NCBI RefSeq assembly: GCF_035084215.1
Contig: NC_090340.1
Location: forward strand, 3,038,001 to 3,102,000
DNA from: Heptranchias perlo
Lineage: Eukaryota
Reading direction: 5' to 3'
DNA: 64,000 bases
The notes under the pieces were generated by a model. The model had not been told where the DNA came from, searched no databases, and saw nothing but the letters and a program-made list of their open reading frames with translations. The number at the start of each line of letters is the position of its first letter. The stretch's first letter is position 1. A program made the position numbers and the translations under genes. Shown here one piece after another: positions 27,142 to 39,289 of this stretch.

Positions 27142-27228
27142 GGTACGGTAGCATAGTGGTTATGTTACTGGGCTAGTAATCCAGAGGCCTGGAATAAAAT
27201 CCAGAGTCATGAGTTCAAATCCCGCCAC
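27142..27228 (+). promoter_or_regulatory. tRNA-derived internal RNA Pol III promoter (A box + B box)
   Basis: A box TAGCATAGTGG at 27149-27159 within a D-arm (GCAT...ATGT). Anticodon arm CTGGG-CTAGTAA-TCCAG (AGT, Thr-like). Second stem-loop CTGGA-ATAAAA-TCCAG. B box GAGTTCAAATCC at 27211-27222. Confidence 0.8.
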
Positions 27229-30200
27229 GGCAGCTGGCGAATTTAAATTCAATTAATTAATTAAAAAATTCAATTAATTAAATAAAAATCTGGAATTAAT
27301 ATACTAGTATCAGTAATGATGGCCATGAAACTACCGGATTGTCGTGAAAACCCATCTGGTTCACTAATGTCCTTCAGGGAAGGAAACCTGCCGTCCTTAC
27401 CTGGTCTGGCCGATATGTGACTCCAGACCCACAGCAATGTGGTTGATTCTTAATTGCCCTCTGAAATGGCCGAGCAAGCCACTCAGTTGTAAAATCTCGC
27501 TACGAAAAGTCATAATAAGAATAAAACCGGACGGACCACCTGGCATCGGACCACTAGGCACCGGACACGACAACGGCAAAACACCAAGCCCAGTCGACCC
27601 TGCAATGTCCTCCTTACAAACATCTGGGGACTTGTGCCAAAATTGGGAGAGCTGTCCCACAGACTAGTCAAGCAACAGCCTGACATAGCCATACTCACAG
27701 AATCATATCTGTCAGCCAACGTCCCAGACTCTTCCATCACCATCCCTGGGTATGTCCTGTCCCACCGGCAGGACAGACCCACCAGAGGTGGCGGTACAGT
27801 GATATACAGTCAGGAGGGAGTGGCCCTGGGAGTCCTCAACATTGACTCTGGACCCCATGAAATCTCATGGCATCAGGTCAAACATGGGCAAGGAAACCTC
27901 CTGCTGATTACCACCTACCGTCCTCCCTCAGCTGATGAATCAGTCCTCCTCCATGTTGAACACCACTTGGAGGAAGCACTGAGGGTAGCAAGGGCAAAAA
28001 ATATACTCTGGGTGGGGGACTTCAATGTCCATCACCAAGAGTGGCTCGGTAGCACCACTACTGACCGAGCTGGCCGAGTCCTGAAGGACATAGCTGCTAG
28101 ACTGGGCCTGCGGCAGGTGGTGAGCGAACCCACACGAGGGAAAAACTTACTTGACCTCGTCCTCACCAATCTACCTGTCGCAAATGCATCTGTCTATGAC
28201 AGTATTGGTAGGAGTGACCACCGCACAGTCCTCGTGGAGATGAAATCCCGTCTTCGCACTGAGGACACCATCCAACGTGTTGTGTGGCACTACCACCGTG
28301 CTAAATGGGATAGATTCAGAACAGATCTAGCAGCTCAAAACTGGGCATCCATGAGGCGCTGTGGGCCATCAGCAGCAGTAGAATTGTATTCCAGCACAAT
28401 CCGTAACCTCATGGCTCGGCATATTCCTCACTCTACCATGACCAACAAGCCAGGGGATCAACCCTGGTTCAATGAGGAGTGTAGAAGAGCATGCCAGGAG
28501 TAGCACCAGGCGTACCTAAAAATGAGGTGCCAACCTGGTGAAGCTACAACTCAGGACTAAATGCATGCCAAACAGCGGAAGCAACATGCTATAGACAGAG
28601 CTAAGCGATTCCACAACCAACGGATCAGATCAAAGCTCTGCAGTCCTGCCACATCCAGTCGTGAATGGTGGTGGACAATTAAACAACTAACGGGAGGAGG
28701 AGGCTCTGCAAACATCCCCATTCTCAATGATGGCGGAGTCCAGCACGTGAGTGCAAAAGACAAGGCTGAAGCGTTTGCAACCATCTTCAGCCAGAAGTGC
28801 CGAGTGGATAATCCATCTCAGCCTCCTCCCGATATCCCCACCATCACGGAAACCAGTCTTCGGCCAATTCGTTTCACTCCACGTGATATCAAGAAACGGC
28901 TCAGTGCACTGGATACAGCAAAGGCTATGGGCCCTAACAACATCCCAGCTGTAGTGCTGAAGACTTGTGCTCCAGAACGAGCTGCGCCTCTAGCCAAGCT
29001 GTTCCAGTACAGCTACAACACTGGCATCCAACCGACAATGTGGAAAATTGCCCAGGTATGACCTGTCCACAAAAAGCAGGACAAATCCAATTCGGCCAAT
29101 TACCGCCCCATCAGTCTCCTCTCAATCATCAGCAAAGTGATGGAAGGTGTCGTCGACAGTGCTATCAAGCGGCACTTACTCACCAATAACCTGCTCACCG
29201 ATGCTCAGTTTGGGTTCCGCCAGGACCACTCGGCTCCAGACCTCATTACAGCCTTGGTCCAAACATGGACAAAAGAGCTGAATTCCAGAGGTGAGGTGAG
29301 AGTGACTGCCCTTGACATCAAGGCAGCATTTGACCGAGTGTGGCACCAAGGAGCCCTAGTAAAATTTAAGTCAATGGGAATCAGGGGGAAAACTCTCCAG
29401 TGGCTGGAGTCATACCTCGCACAAAGGAAGATGGTAATGGTTGTTGGAGGCCAAGCATCTCAGCCCCAGGGCATTGCTGCAGGAGTTCCTCAGGGCAGTG
29501 TCCTAGGCCCAACCATCTTCAGCTGCTTCATCAATGACATTCCCTCCATCATAAGGTCAGAAATGGGGATGTTCGCTGATGACTGCACAGTGTTCAGTTC
29601 CATTCGCAACCCCTCAGATAATGAAGCAGTCCGAGCCCGCATGCAGCAAGACCTGGACAACATCCAGGCATGGGCTGATAAGTGGCAAGTAACATTCGCG
29701 CCAGATAAGTGCCAGGCAATGTCCATCTCCAACAAGAGAGAGTCTAACCACCTCCCCTTGACATTCAACGGCATTACCATCGCCAAATCCCCCACCATCA
29801 ACATCCTGGGGGTCACCATTGACCAGAAACTGAACTGGACCAGCCATATAAATACTGTGGCTACGAGAGCAGGTCAGAGGTTGGGTATTCTGCGGCGAGT
29901 GACTCACCTCCTGACTCCCCAAAGCCTTTCCACCATCTACAAGGCACAAGTCAGGAGTGTGATGGAATACTCTCCACTTGCCTGGATGAGTGCAGCTCCT
30001 ACAACACTCAAGAAGCTCGACACCATCCAAGATAAAGCAGCCCGCTTGATTGGCACCCCATCCACCACCCTAAACATTCACTCCCTTCACCACCGGCGCA
30101 CTGTGGCTGCAGTGTGCACCATCCACAGGATGCACTGCAGCAACTCGCCAAGGCTTCTTCGACAGCACCTCCCAAACCCGCGACCTCTACCACCTAGAAG

Positions 30201-30478
30201 GACAAGGGCAGCAGGCGCATGGGAACAACACCACCTGCACGTTCCCCTCCAAGTCACACACCATCCCGACTTGGAAATATATCGCCGTTCCTTCATTGTC
30301 GCTGGGTCAAAATCCTGGAACTCCCTTCCTAACAGCACTGTGGGAGAACCGTCACCACACGGACTGCAGCGGTTCAAGAAGGCGGCTCACCACCAACTTC
30401 TCAAGGGCAATTAGGGATGGGCAATAAATGCCGGCCTTGCCAGCGACGCCCACATCCCGTGAACGAATAAAAAAAAAT
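27142..30478 (+). mobile_element. Full-length single-ORF non-LTR retrotransposon (CR1/L2-group EN-RT) with a tRNA-derived 5' head
   Basis: tRNA-like 5' end, ~320-nt leader, then one reading frame to TAG 30414: EN (TNIWGL, LTESYL, YRPP, GDFN, LDL, SDH) and RT (QFGFR, DIKAAFD, GVPQGSVLGP, FADD). No frameshifts; in-frame stops at 27490, 28501, 28558 and 29059. 3' UTR ends GAACGAATAAAAAAAAA. No ORF1. Confidence 0.93.
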
Positions 30479-30734
30479 TAAAAAAATTCTGTTTGGTGTT
30501 GCCTTTCACTGAAGGAAAGTAAAAAGAAACACTATTTTTGGAAGTGTCAATGATGCACAGATTGTTGTCCTCAATCTCAACTTCAATTCCCTGGGCATGC
30601 AACGTGCATTAACTGTTGTTGCAACACGAATCAATGTATTAACTAGCATAACTAGTTAGAAATGTACTTTACTACGAATGGCTCCACGTGAACGTCTCCA
30701 TAAACTGAAAGCTGAATGGGAGCAAGCGGCTAAA

Positions 30735-32970
30735 AAGTTCTCAAGTGACAGTGGCTAGGGGACAGAAAGCAGAGAATAGATGTGAACGGTTGTTTTTCAC
30801 ACTGGAGTAACGTATACAGTGGTGTTACCCAGGGGTCTGTATTAAGTCCACTGTGCCTTTTTGATATATAATAATGACCTAGAATTGGGTGTAGAGGGCA
30901 TAATTTCAAAGTTTGCAGATTACGCGAAACTAGGAAATAATATGGAGGATAGTAACAAACTTCAGGAGGACATGGCCATGCTGGTGAATTGGGCAGACAC
31001 ATGGCAGATAAAATTTAATGCAGAGAATTGTGAAGTGATACATTTTGGTAGGAAGAATGAGGAGAGGAAAAATAAACTAAATGATACAATTTGAAAGGGG
31101 GTGCAGGAAGAGAGAGAGACCTGGGGGCACCAATACACAAATCTTTGAAGGTGGAAGTGCAAGTTGAGATGGCTGTTTAAAAACATTTGGGATCTTGGGC
31201 TTTATAAACGCAGGCATCGAGTACAAAAGCAAACAAGTTATTCTAAACCTTTATAAAACACTGACTAGGCCTCAGCTGGAATATTGCGTTCAATTCTGGG
31301 CATCACACTTTATGAAGGATATACAGGCCTTGGAGAGGGTGCAGAAGAGATTTACTAGAATGGTAACAGGATGAGGGACTTCAGTTATGTGGAGGGACTG
31401 GAGGAGCTAGGGTTGACATCCTTAGAGCAGAGAAGGTTAAGTGAGATTTGATAGAGGTGTTCAAAATGATGAACGGTTTTGATAGAAGAAATAAGGAGAA
31501 ACTTTTTCCAGTGGCAGAGGCGTTGGTAACCAGAGGGCACATATTTAAGGTGTTTGGCAAAAGTGCCCGAGGAGGTATGAGGAAAATTTTGTTTCAAAAC
31601 GTTTTTTTTTATTCGTTCATGGGTTGTGGGCATCACTGGCAAGGCCAGCATTTATTGTCCATCGCTAATTACCCTTGAGAATGTGGTGGTGAGCCGGCTG
31701 CTTGAACCACTGCAGTCCGTGTTGTGAAGGTTCTCTCACAGTGCTGTTAGGTAGGGAGGTCCAGGATTTTGACCCAGCTACAATGAAGGAACAGTGATAT
31801 AATTCCAAGTCGGGATCGTGTGTGACTTGGACGGGGACGTGTAGGTTGTATTGTTCCCATGTGCCTGCTGCCCTTGTCCTTCGACGTGGTAGAGGTCGCG
31901 TGTTTGGGAAGTGCTGTCGAAGAAGCCTTGGCGATTTGCTACAGCGTGTCCTGTGGATGGTACACACTGCAGCCGCAGTGCGCCGGTGGCGTAGGGTGGT
32001 CGATGCGGTGCTAATCAATCGGGCTGCTTTATCCTGGATGGTGTCGAGTTTCTTTAATGTTGTTGGAGCTGCACTCATCCAGGCAAGTGGAGAGTATTCC
32101 ATCACACTCCTGACTTGTGCCTTGTAGATGGTGGAAAGGCTTTGGGGAGTCAGGAGGTGAGTCACTTGCCGCAGAATACCACAGCCTCTGACCTGCGCTT
32201 GTAGCCACATATTTATGTGGCTGGTCCAGTTATGTTCCTGGACAATGGTTACCCCCAGGATGTTGATGGTGGGGGACTCGGCGATGGTAATGCCGTTGAA
32301 TGTCAAGGGGAGGTGGCCAAACTCTCTCTTGTTGGAGATGGTCATTGCCTGGCACTTGTCTGCCACGAATGTTACTTGCCACTTATGAGCCCAAGCCTGG
32401 ATGTTATCCAGGTCTTGCTGCATGCGGGCACTGACTGTTTCATTATCTGAGGGGTTGTGAATGGAAATGAACACTGTGCAATCATCAGCAAACATCCCCA
32501 TATCTGACATTATGATGGAGGAAAGTTCATTGATGAAGCGGCCGAAGATGGTTGGGCCTAGGACACTCCCCTGAGGAACTCCTGCCGCAACGTCCTGGGG
32601 CTGAGATAATTGGCCTCCAACAACGACTACCATTCTTCCTTTGCGCTAGGTATGACTCTAGATACAGGAGAATTTTCCGTCTGATCCCCATTGACTTCAA
32701 TTTTACTAGGGCTCCTTGGTGCCACATTTGGTCAAATGCTTCCTTGACGTCAATTGCGTGTTGTAATGTTCTGGAATTTTGAACCTGAAAGGTAGTGGAA
32801 AAAGTTTCAATGATAACGTTCAAAATGGTATTAGATAAATACTTGAAGCGAAACAAAATTACAGGGCTATTGGGAAAGAGCAGGCAATGGGAAAAATTAG
32901 ATTGCTCTTCCAAAGGGCCGGCACAGGCATGATTTGCTGAATGGCCACCTCGTATGCTGTACCTGCTATG
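30735..32970 (+). mobile_element. Older CR1 3' half, split by a nested insertion at ~31602-32753
   Basis: RT fragments 30861-31094 and 31448-31590. The CR1 3' end resumes at ~32755 (GTTGTAATGTTCTGGAAT...GGCCACCT). Confidence 0.85.
31602..32753 (-). mobile_element. 5'-truncated copy of the tRNA-headed LINE family
   Basis: ORF 31665..32633(-) is highly similar to 29137..30414; same 3' UTR and poly(A). Confidence 0.95.
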
Positions 32971-33139
32971 ATATGCGTCGATCTTCAAAATACAGCAGGT
33001 GGAGCTAAAAGACCGTACTCCAGGCATACCATGCCAAGACCAAGTCCCCTTTTCTGCAAATCGTCTGGAAGAATTTGCCACGCTGTATAATGAAGGACGA
33101 TTTCCTTGCTCTTCGCAAAGGCCTACTTCCATGCCGTGT

Positions 33140-33248
33140 CGGCCTTGACTCAATGATAGCACTCTCGCCTCTGAGTCAGAATGTAGTAGGTTCAAATTCT
33201 ATTCCAGAGACTCAAGTACATAATCCAGCTAGACATGTCAATGTAGTA
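33140..33248 (+). mobile_element. SINE tRNA-head fragment (DeuSINE-like)
   Basis: TGACTCAATGATAGCACTCTCGCCTCTGAGTCAGAA...GGTTCAAATTC, with A/B-box-like motifs. Confidence 0.55.
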
Positions 33249-34414
33249 TGTGATATGGTGTACAATATAACAAGTGAGCTTCTTGGCATTGATAATAAAA
33301 AGCATAATCTGTTAATTAAACTGGGGCCAATAGTGAATGTGCAGACTGGAGATAGAGAAAGAGAGTGAAGGTATGAAAGCCAAATATATGCAAAAGCAAG
33401 TAAGGGGAATAAGCTGTAGTATTTTTGAGTGAGAGATAAGAGGAAGGCACTGTGTCTAATGGTTTCGAACTGAAACTAACCAGTCTGCACAACTAAAGAG
33501 ATTTGGTTTGATTCAGTTTTTAGCCAAAAGGATAAGACATTGTGCTTGGGTTACTTAGTATTTTATGACCAAAAGTAGCTAAGTTATAGAAAATGGCTAA
33601 ACGAAGAATACGATGTATTCTTCAGTGGGTCACCCATTCGTCAGTGGGTGACGTTCTTAGTTCTTGATGGATATCCCATTTGTAAGTATGATAGATGCAT
33701 TTGCTTGTTTTTAGTTACATATATGTGCAACATATCTTGAAAGTTGGCATACTTCTGTTCCTCTGCTCATTTGTTCTATAGTTTCATATCATTTGCTCTT
33801 ATGCACACAACATTAAGGAATTTCCAGGTTTGTGATCTTTGTAATTGCATTATTACCTATAAAGATCTATGCGGTGTCTGCATATCGACAAAAAATACTT
33901 ACATGGGATTGGATGTTGGTATTTTCCGCTCTAAGGGTTGCTCGCCCGAACCTGGAGCGCATATGGGAAGCTTCACACCACCAGCTGGTGAATTTTCATT
34001 AAATTCAATGGTAGCAAAACCAGCGGGTATACTGACGAAATTTGCCAATAAATGATCGGGCATTACCAGGATAGTTGAAGAGCAAATTCACACAAGGATA
34101 TTTAATCAACATTGTTAAAAGGAACTTTGTTAAAAGACAAATAATAATCTCATATATAAGCCAAGTGGCAGGGTGTCTTACATCCATGCACTTCTGAATT
34201 ATCACCGAACTGCAATTTCCATTAATTTTATCCCGATTTCCTCTGGTAACTTGGCATAAGACTGGAGGAACCTTGGGAGAAACGTTGCAAATTATTGTAA
34301 ACGGCTGTTTCCCCAAAGTTACCGTCAATCCTCTGTTAAAGTTCAGGCGGAGGTCGGAATATCCCCGGGAAAATGTTTCTGTTTGTTTAACGAAACATTG
34401 ACCTTTAATTCATC

Positions 34415-36795
34415 ATTTTTTAAGTCATTCATGAGATGTGGGCTTCGCTGGAAAGGCCAGCATTTATTGTCGATCTCTAATTGCCCTTGAGAAGGTGGTG
34501 GTGAGCCGCTTTCTTGAACTGCTGCAGTCCGTGTGGTGAAGGTTCTCCCACAGTACTGTTAGGCAGGGAGTTCCAGGATTTTGACCCAGCGACGATGAAG
34601 GAACCGTATATATATTTAAAGTCGGGATGGTGTGTGACTTGGAGGGGAATGTGCAGGTGGTGTTGTTCCCACGTGCCTGCTGCCCATGTCCTTCTAGGTG
34701 GTAGATGTCGTGGGTTTGGGAGGTGCTGTCGCAGCTGCCTTGGCGAGTTGATGCAGTGCATCCTGTGGATGGTACACACTGCAGCCACGGTGAGCCGGTG
34801 GTGGAAGGAGTGAATGTTTACTGTGGTGGATGGGGTTCCAATTAAGCCGGCTGCTTTGTCCTGGATGGTGTCGAGCTTCTTGAGTGTTGTTGGAGCTGCT
34901 CTCATCCAGGCAAGTGGAGAGTATTCCATCACACTCCTGATTTGTGCCTTATAGATGGTGGAAAGGCTTTGGGGAGTCAGGAGCTGAGTTTCTCGCCGCA
35001 GAATACCCAGCTTTTGACCTGCTCTTGTAGCCACAGTATTTATGTGGCTGATCCAGTTAAGTTTCTGATCAATGGTGACCCCCCAGGATGTTGATGGTGG
35101 GGGATTCGGCGATGGTAATGCCGTTGAATGTCAGTGGGAGGTGGTTAGACTGTCTCTTGTTGGAGATGGTCATTGCTTGGCACTTGTTTGGCTCGAAAGT
35201 TACTTGCCACTTATCAACCCAGGCCTGGATGTTGTCCGGATCTTGCTGCATGTGGGCACGGACTGCTTCATCATCTGAGGAGTTGCGAATGGAACTGAGC
35301 ACTGTGCAATCATCAGCGAACATCCCCATTTCTGACCTTGTGATGGACGGAAGGTCAATGATGGAGCGGCAAATGATGGTCCGGCCGAGGACACTGCCTT
35401 GAGGAACTCCTGCAGCAATGTCCTGGGGCTGAGATGATTGGCCTCCAACAACCACTACCATCTACTTTTGTGCTACTTATGACTCCAGCCACAGGAGAGT
35501 TTTTCCCCTGATTCCCATTGACTTCAGTTTTGCTCGGGCTCCAACTAAAACACTCGATCAAATGCTGGCTTGATGTCAAGGGCAGTCACTCTCCCCTCAC
35601 CTCTGGAATTCAGCTCGTTTGTCCATGTTTGGACCAAGGCTGTAATGAGGTCTGGAGCCGAGTGGCCCTGGCGGAACCGAAACTGAGCATGAGTGAGCAG
35701 GTTATTGGTGAGTAAGCGCCGCTTGGTAGCACTGGTGACGACACCTTATATCACTTTGCTGATGATTGAGAGAAGACTGATGGAGCAGTAATTGGCCGGA
35801 TTGGATTTGTCCTGCTTTTTGTGGACAGGACATGCCTGGGCATTTTTCCAGATTGTCGGTTAAATGCCAGTGTTGTAGCTGTACTGGAACAGTTCGGCTA
35901 GAGTCGCGGCTAGTTCTGAAGCACAAGTCTTCAGCACTACAGCCGGGATGTTTTCGGGGACAATAGCCTTTGTTGTATCCAGTGCACTCTTGATATCACG
36001 TGCATTGATTCGAATTGGCTGAAGATTGGCTTCTGTGATGTTGGGGATATCAGGAGGAGGCCGAAATGGATCATCCATTCGGCACTTCTGGCTGAAGATG
36101 GTTGCAAACGCTTCAGCCTTGCCTTTTGCACTAACGTGCTGGACTCCACCATCATTGAGGATCGGGATGTTTACAGAGCCTCCTCCTCCAGTTAGTTGTT
36201 CAACTGTCCACCACCTTCACGATTGGATGTGATAGTACTGCAGAGCTTGGACCTGATTCGTTGGTTGTGGAATCGCTTCGCTCTGTCTATAGCATGTTGC
36301 TTCCGCTGTTTATCATGCACGTAGTCTTGTTATGTAACTTCACCAGGTTGGCACCTAATTTTTGGGTACGCCTGGTGCTTCTCCTGGCATGCTCTTCTAC
36401 ACTCCTCATTGAACCAGGGTTGATTCCCTGGCATTATGGTAATGGTAGAGTGAGGATTATGCCAGGACATGAGGTTACAGATTGTGCTGGAATACAAATC
36501 TGCTGCTGATGATTGCCACAGCGCCTCATGGATGCCCTGTTTTGAGCTGCTAGATCTGTCCTGAATCAATCCCATTTAGCACTGTGGCAGTGCCACACAA
36601 CACGTTGGATGGTGTCCCCGGTGCAAAGACGGGACTTCGTATCCACGAGGATTGTGTGGTGGTCGCTCCAACCAATACTGGCATGGACAGATGCGTCTGC
36701 GACAGGTAGATTGGTGAGGACAACGTCAATTCGGTTTTTCCTTCCTGTTGGTTCGCTCACCATCTGCCTCAGGCACAGTCTGGCAGCTGTATCCT
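34415..36795 (-). mobile_element. Older 5'-truncated copy of the tRNA-headed LINE family
   Basis: Minus ORFs 34477-35034, 35069-35461, 35860-36078 and 36330-36763 match the EN/RT of 27142-30478. Confidence 0.95.
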
Positions 36796-36809
36796 ATATC
36801 ATTCAGATT

Positions 36810-38622
36810 AAAACGAGCTATACGAAACTCTCCTTGGAGAGAATGGAACGGGAGATCCTATCAGTATAAATATCTCTGCGAAACTGACTTGCGTGAGAAC
36901 GGAGAGGAAGAACCGGTGAATATAAAGGGCGCTGTGAAACTGAACTGGCTGAGAACACAGCGGGAGATCCGGTGAGTATGTAGAGTGGGAGTCTCGGTGA
37001 ATGCAAAGAGCAGAAGACCCGGTGAGTACAACGAGCGGAAGACCCGATGAAGATATAGAGCTGAAGACCCAGTGAATACAATGAGCGGAAGACCCGGTGA
37101 ATAGAAAGAGCGGGAGACCCGGAAAATAGAAAGAACAATATGAAACGGACACTGACGCAAAAAGAAATAATTTTTTAAACGTGACGTCCGAGACAATACA
37201 AGGGGAGACGGGACGGGGACCGAGGAAGAGCAGCTAACTGTTTGGTTTATATATTTACGCTTTCATATTACACTATAGAGAAGTTAAGGAGCTACTAGAC
37301 AAATATATATATATATATATATATACAAATATTTTGGCATAATAGACAAGGGCAAAGCCAAACTTCAGGCAAACAGACAGTAACTCTAAGCAAAATGACG
37401 GGACAACTGAGACCCGTTGAATGCGCATCCTCTGCTGTGTGGATAATTCAGGACGCTTCGTGTCTCTTGGACAACCATGTGTGCAGGATGTGCCTCCGAC
37501 TCTTCGAGCTCGAACTCAGGATTTCTGAGCTTGAGGGGCAGCTTGTGTCACTGCAGGTCATACGGGAGGCTGTAAATTTCCTGTATCCCATGTTCCAGGA
37601 GGCAACCCCGCAGCCACAGAGAGTTCAGGATGACAGTAACTGGGTCGCCATCGGGGAGTGAAGGAAGAGTTGCAGGAATCCTTGGGAAATGTGGCACTCA
37701 CCAACCGGTTTTCAGTGCTCAATACCGGTAAGGGTGAGGACACCTGGAAGCAGTACAGTCCAGAGCAAATCCATGGCAGTGTGGGGCAAATGATTGCACA
37801 GGGGGGACTGCGAAGTGTACAAATACAGTTATCATAGGGGATTCAATACTCAGGGGGATAGACAAGCGTTTCCACAACTCCGACATGAATCTAGCATGGT
37901 GTTTTCGCTCCCTGGTGTCAGCTTAAAGGATATCATGGAACGGATGTGGAACATTCTGCATCGGGAAAGGGAACAGCCATAATTCCACGTCCATTTTGGA
38001 ACCAATGACATCGGAAGAAAAAGGGTTGAGGTGCCACAGACAAAGCTTCAGGAGCTGAGAAGGAAACGAAAGTAAAGGGTCTCAAAGATGGTAATATCTG
38101 GATTTCTCCTGGTATCATGAGCTAGTGAGTATATGAATAACAACAGAAAGCGGGGCTGGGTTAATGGCGCAGGAGAGAGGGCTTCAGATTCCTGTGGCAT
38201 TGGGAGACGGTCAGGGGCAGAAGGGGCCTGCACACAATTGAACGTTTGCACCTGAACAAGGCTGAGACCAATGTCCTCTCAGGGATGTTAACTAGTGCAG
38301 TTGGGAAGGGTTTAAACACTGTTAGGAGGAGCGGTAACCAGAGGACACAGATTTAAGATAATTGGCAAAAAAGCCAGGTGGAAGATGAGGAGTTTTTTTT
38401 TTACTCAGTGACTTATTATGATCTGGAATGCACTGCCTGAAAGGGAGGTGGAAGCAGATTCAATTGTAAATTTCAAAAGCGAATTAGTATGCTTAAAAAG
38501 GGAACTTTGTAGGTCTATGCAGCAAAAGCAAGCTAGTGGGACTAATTGGTACGACTTTCAGAGATCCGCCACGGACACGATGGGACGAATGGCCTCATTG
38601 TAGGCTGCATGATTCTATGATT
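36810..38622 (+). mobile_element. Internally deleted CR1: tandem-repeat 5' UTR + ORF1 remnant fused to the 3' tail
   Basis: Repeats of GAGCGG(A/G)AGACCCGGTGAAT at 36840-37125. ORF1 zinc-finger at 37395 and esterase remnants up to GGGTTTAAAC (~38316), followed immediately by the ORF2 C-terminus, 3' UTR and ATGATTCTATGATT tail. Confidence 0.8.
36840..37130 (+). repeat. Degenerate ~20-25 bp tandem repeat (CR1 5' UTR)
   Basis: Recurrent GAAGACCCGGTGA / GGGAGA(T/C)CCGG units. Confidence 0.75.
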
Positions 38623-39289
38623 TACACTTAAAATGCAATTATCAGCAGCCTTCAGTAATTGCTGGAATAAACATATCAACCGCAAAGAACGTGTGAACAA
38701 AAGCTTGTCGTGCAACACAGGCTACTGAAAAAAGAGACATAGAGAAACAAATTTTATTCTAGTGCTGACCTGAGGTCAAAACCGCAACTCCTTCCGTTAG
38801 GTTTTGAGAATGTTACTGGTTTGCAGATGTTGTACACGAAAATAAGTGAGAAAAACATTCTGTGTCAAAACAGAAATACTTAATTGAATTTGGTGAATGA
38901 CTTCTGAAGTTTAAAAACCTTTAATAATCTTTTGAGTGATCTCGGATCGTACAAGTCATTATTATATTTACTTGCAATGTTATTATGCAGGGACTGTGAG
39001 TGAACTTTACAAAAACTGAGCTCCTCAGCCTGTAAAGAAGGCGACTGCGAGGATACCTGACTGAAACAGGTCCTCAGGAATGACAATGGTATGCGATATC
39101 TCTTTTTTACCATCCATGGCGCTTGACGTAGTTCACGACACAGACATCCTCCACAACCCATTCTCTCCGGTGAACTTTATGTATTGGGTTTGTCTTCTGC
39201 TCGCCCGGTCGTAGCCTGTGTAACTCAGGCAATGGTTATTGTGCACACCGCAGCATCCCTGCAGTGACCCACTTCCCCCCACCCCCCCG

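Noticed and set aside
27142-27228. Functional tRNA-Thr gene
   Set aside because: Extra hairpin, poor acceptor and T-stem pairing, no downstream T-run terminator; it is continuous with the retroelement.
33249-33890. Second solo LTR (TGTGATATG...CATATCGACA)
   Set aside because: Inverted termini are suggestive, but there is no target-site duplication and the interrupted SINE does not resume.
36840-37130. CRISPR-like array
   Set aside because: Eukaryotic context; degenerate tandem units without unique spacers; part of a CR1 5' UTR.
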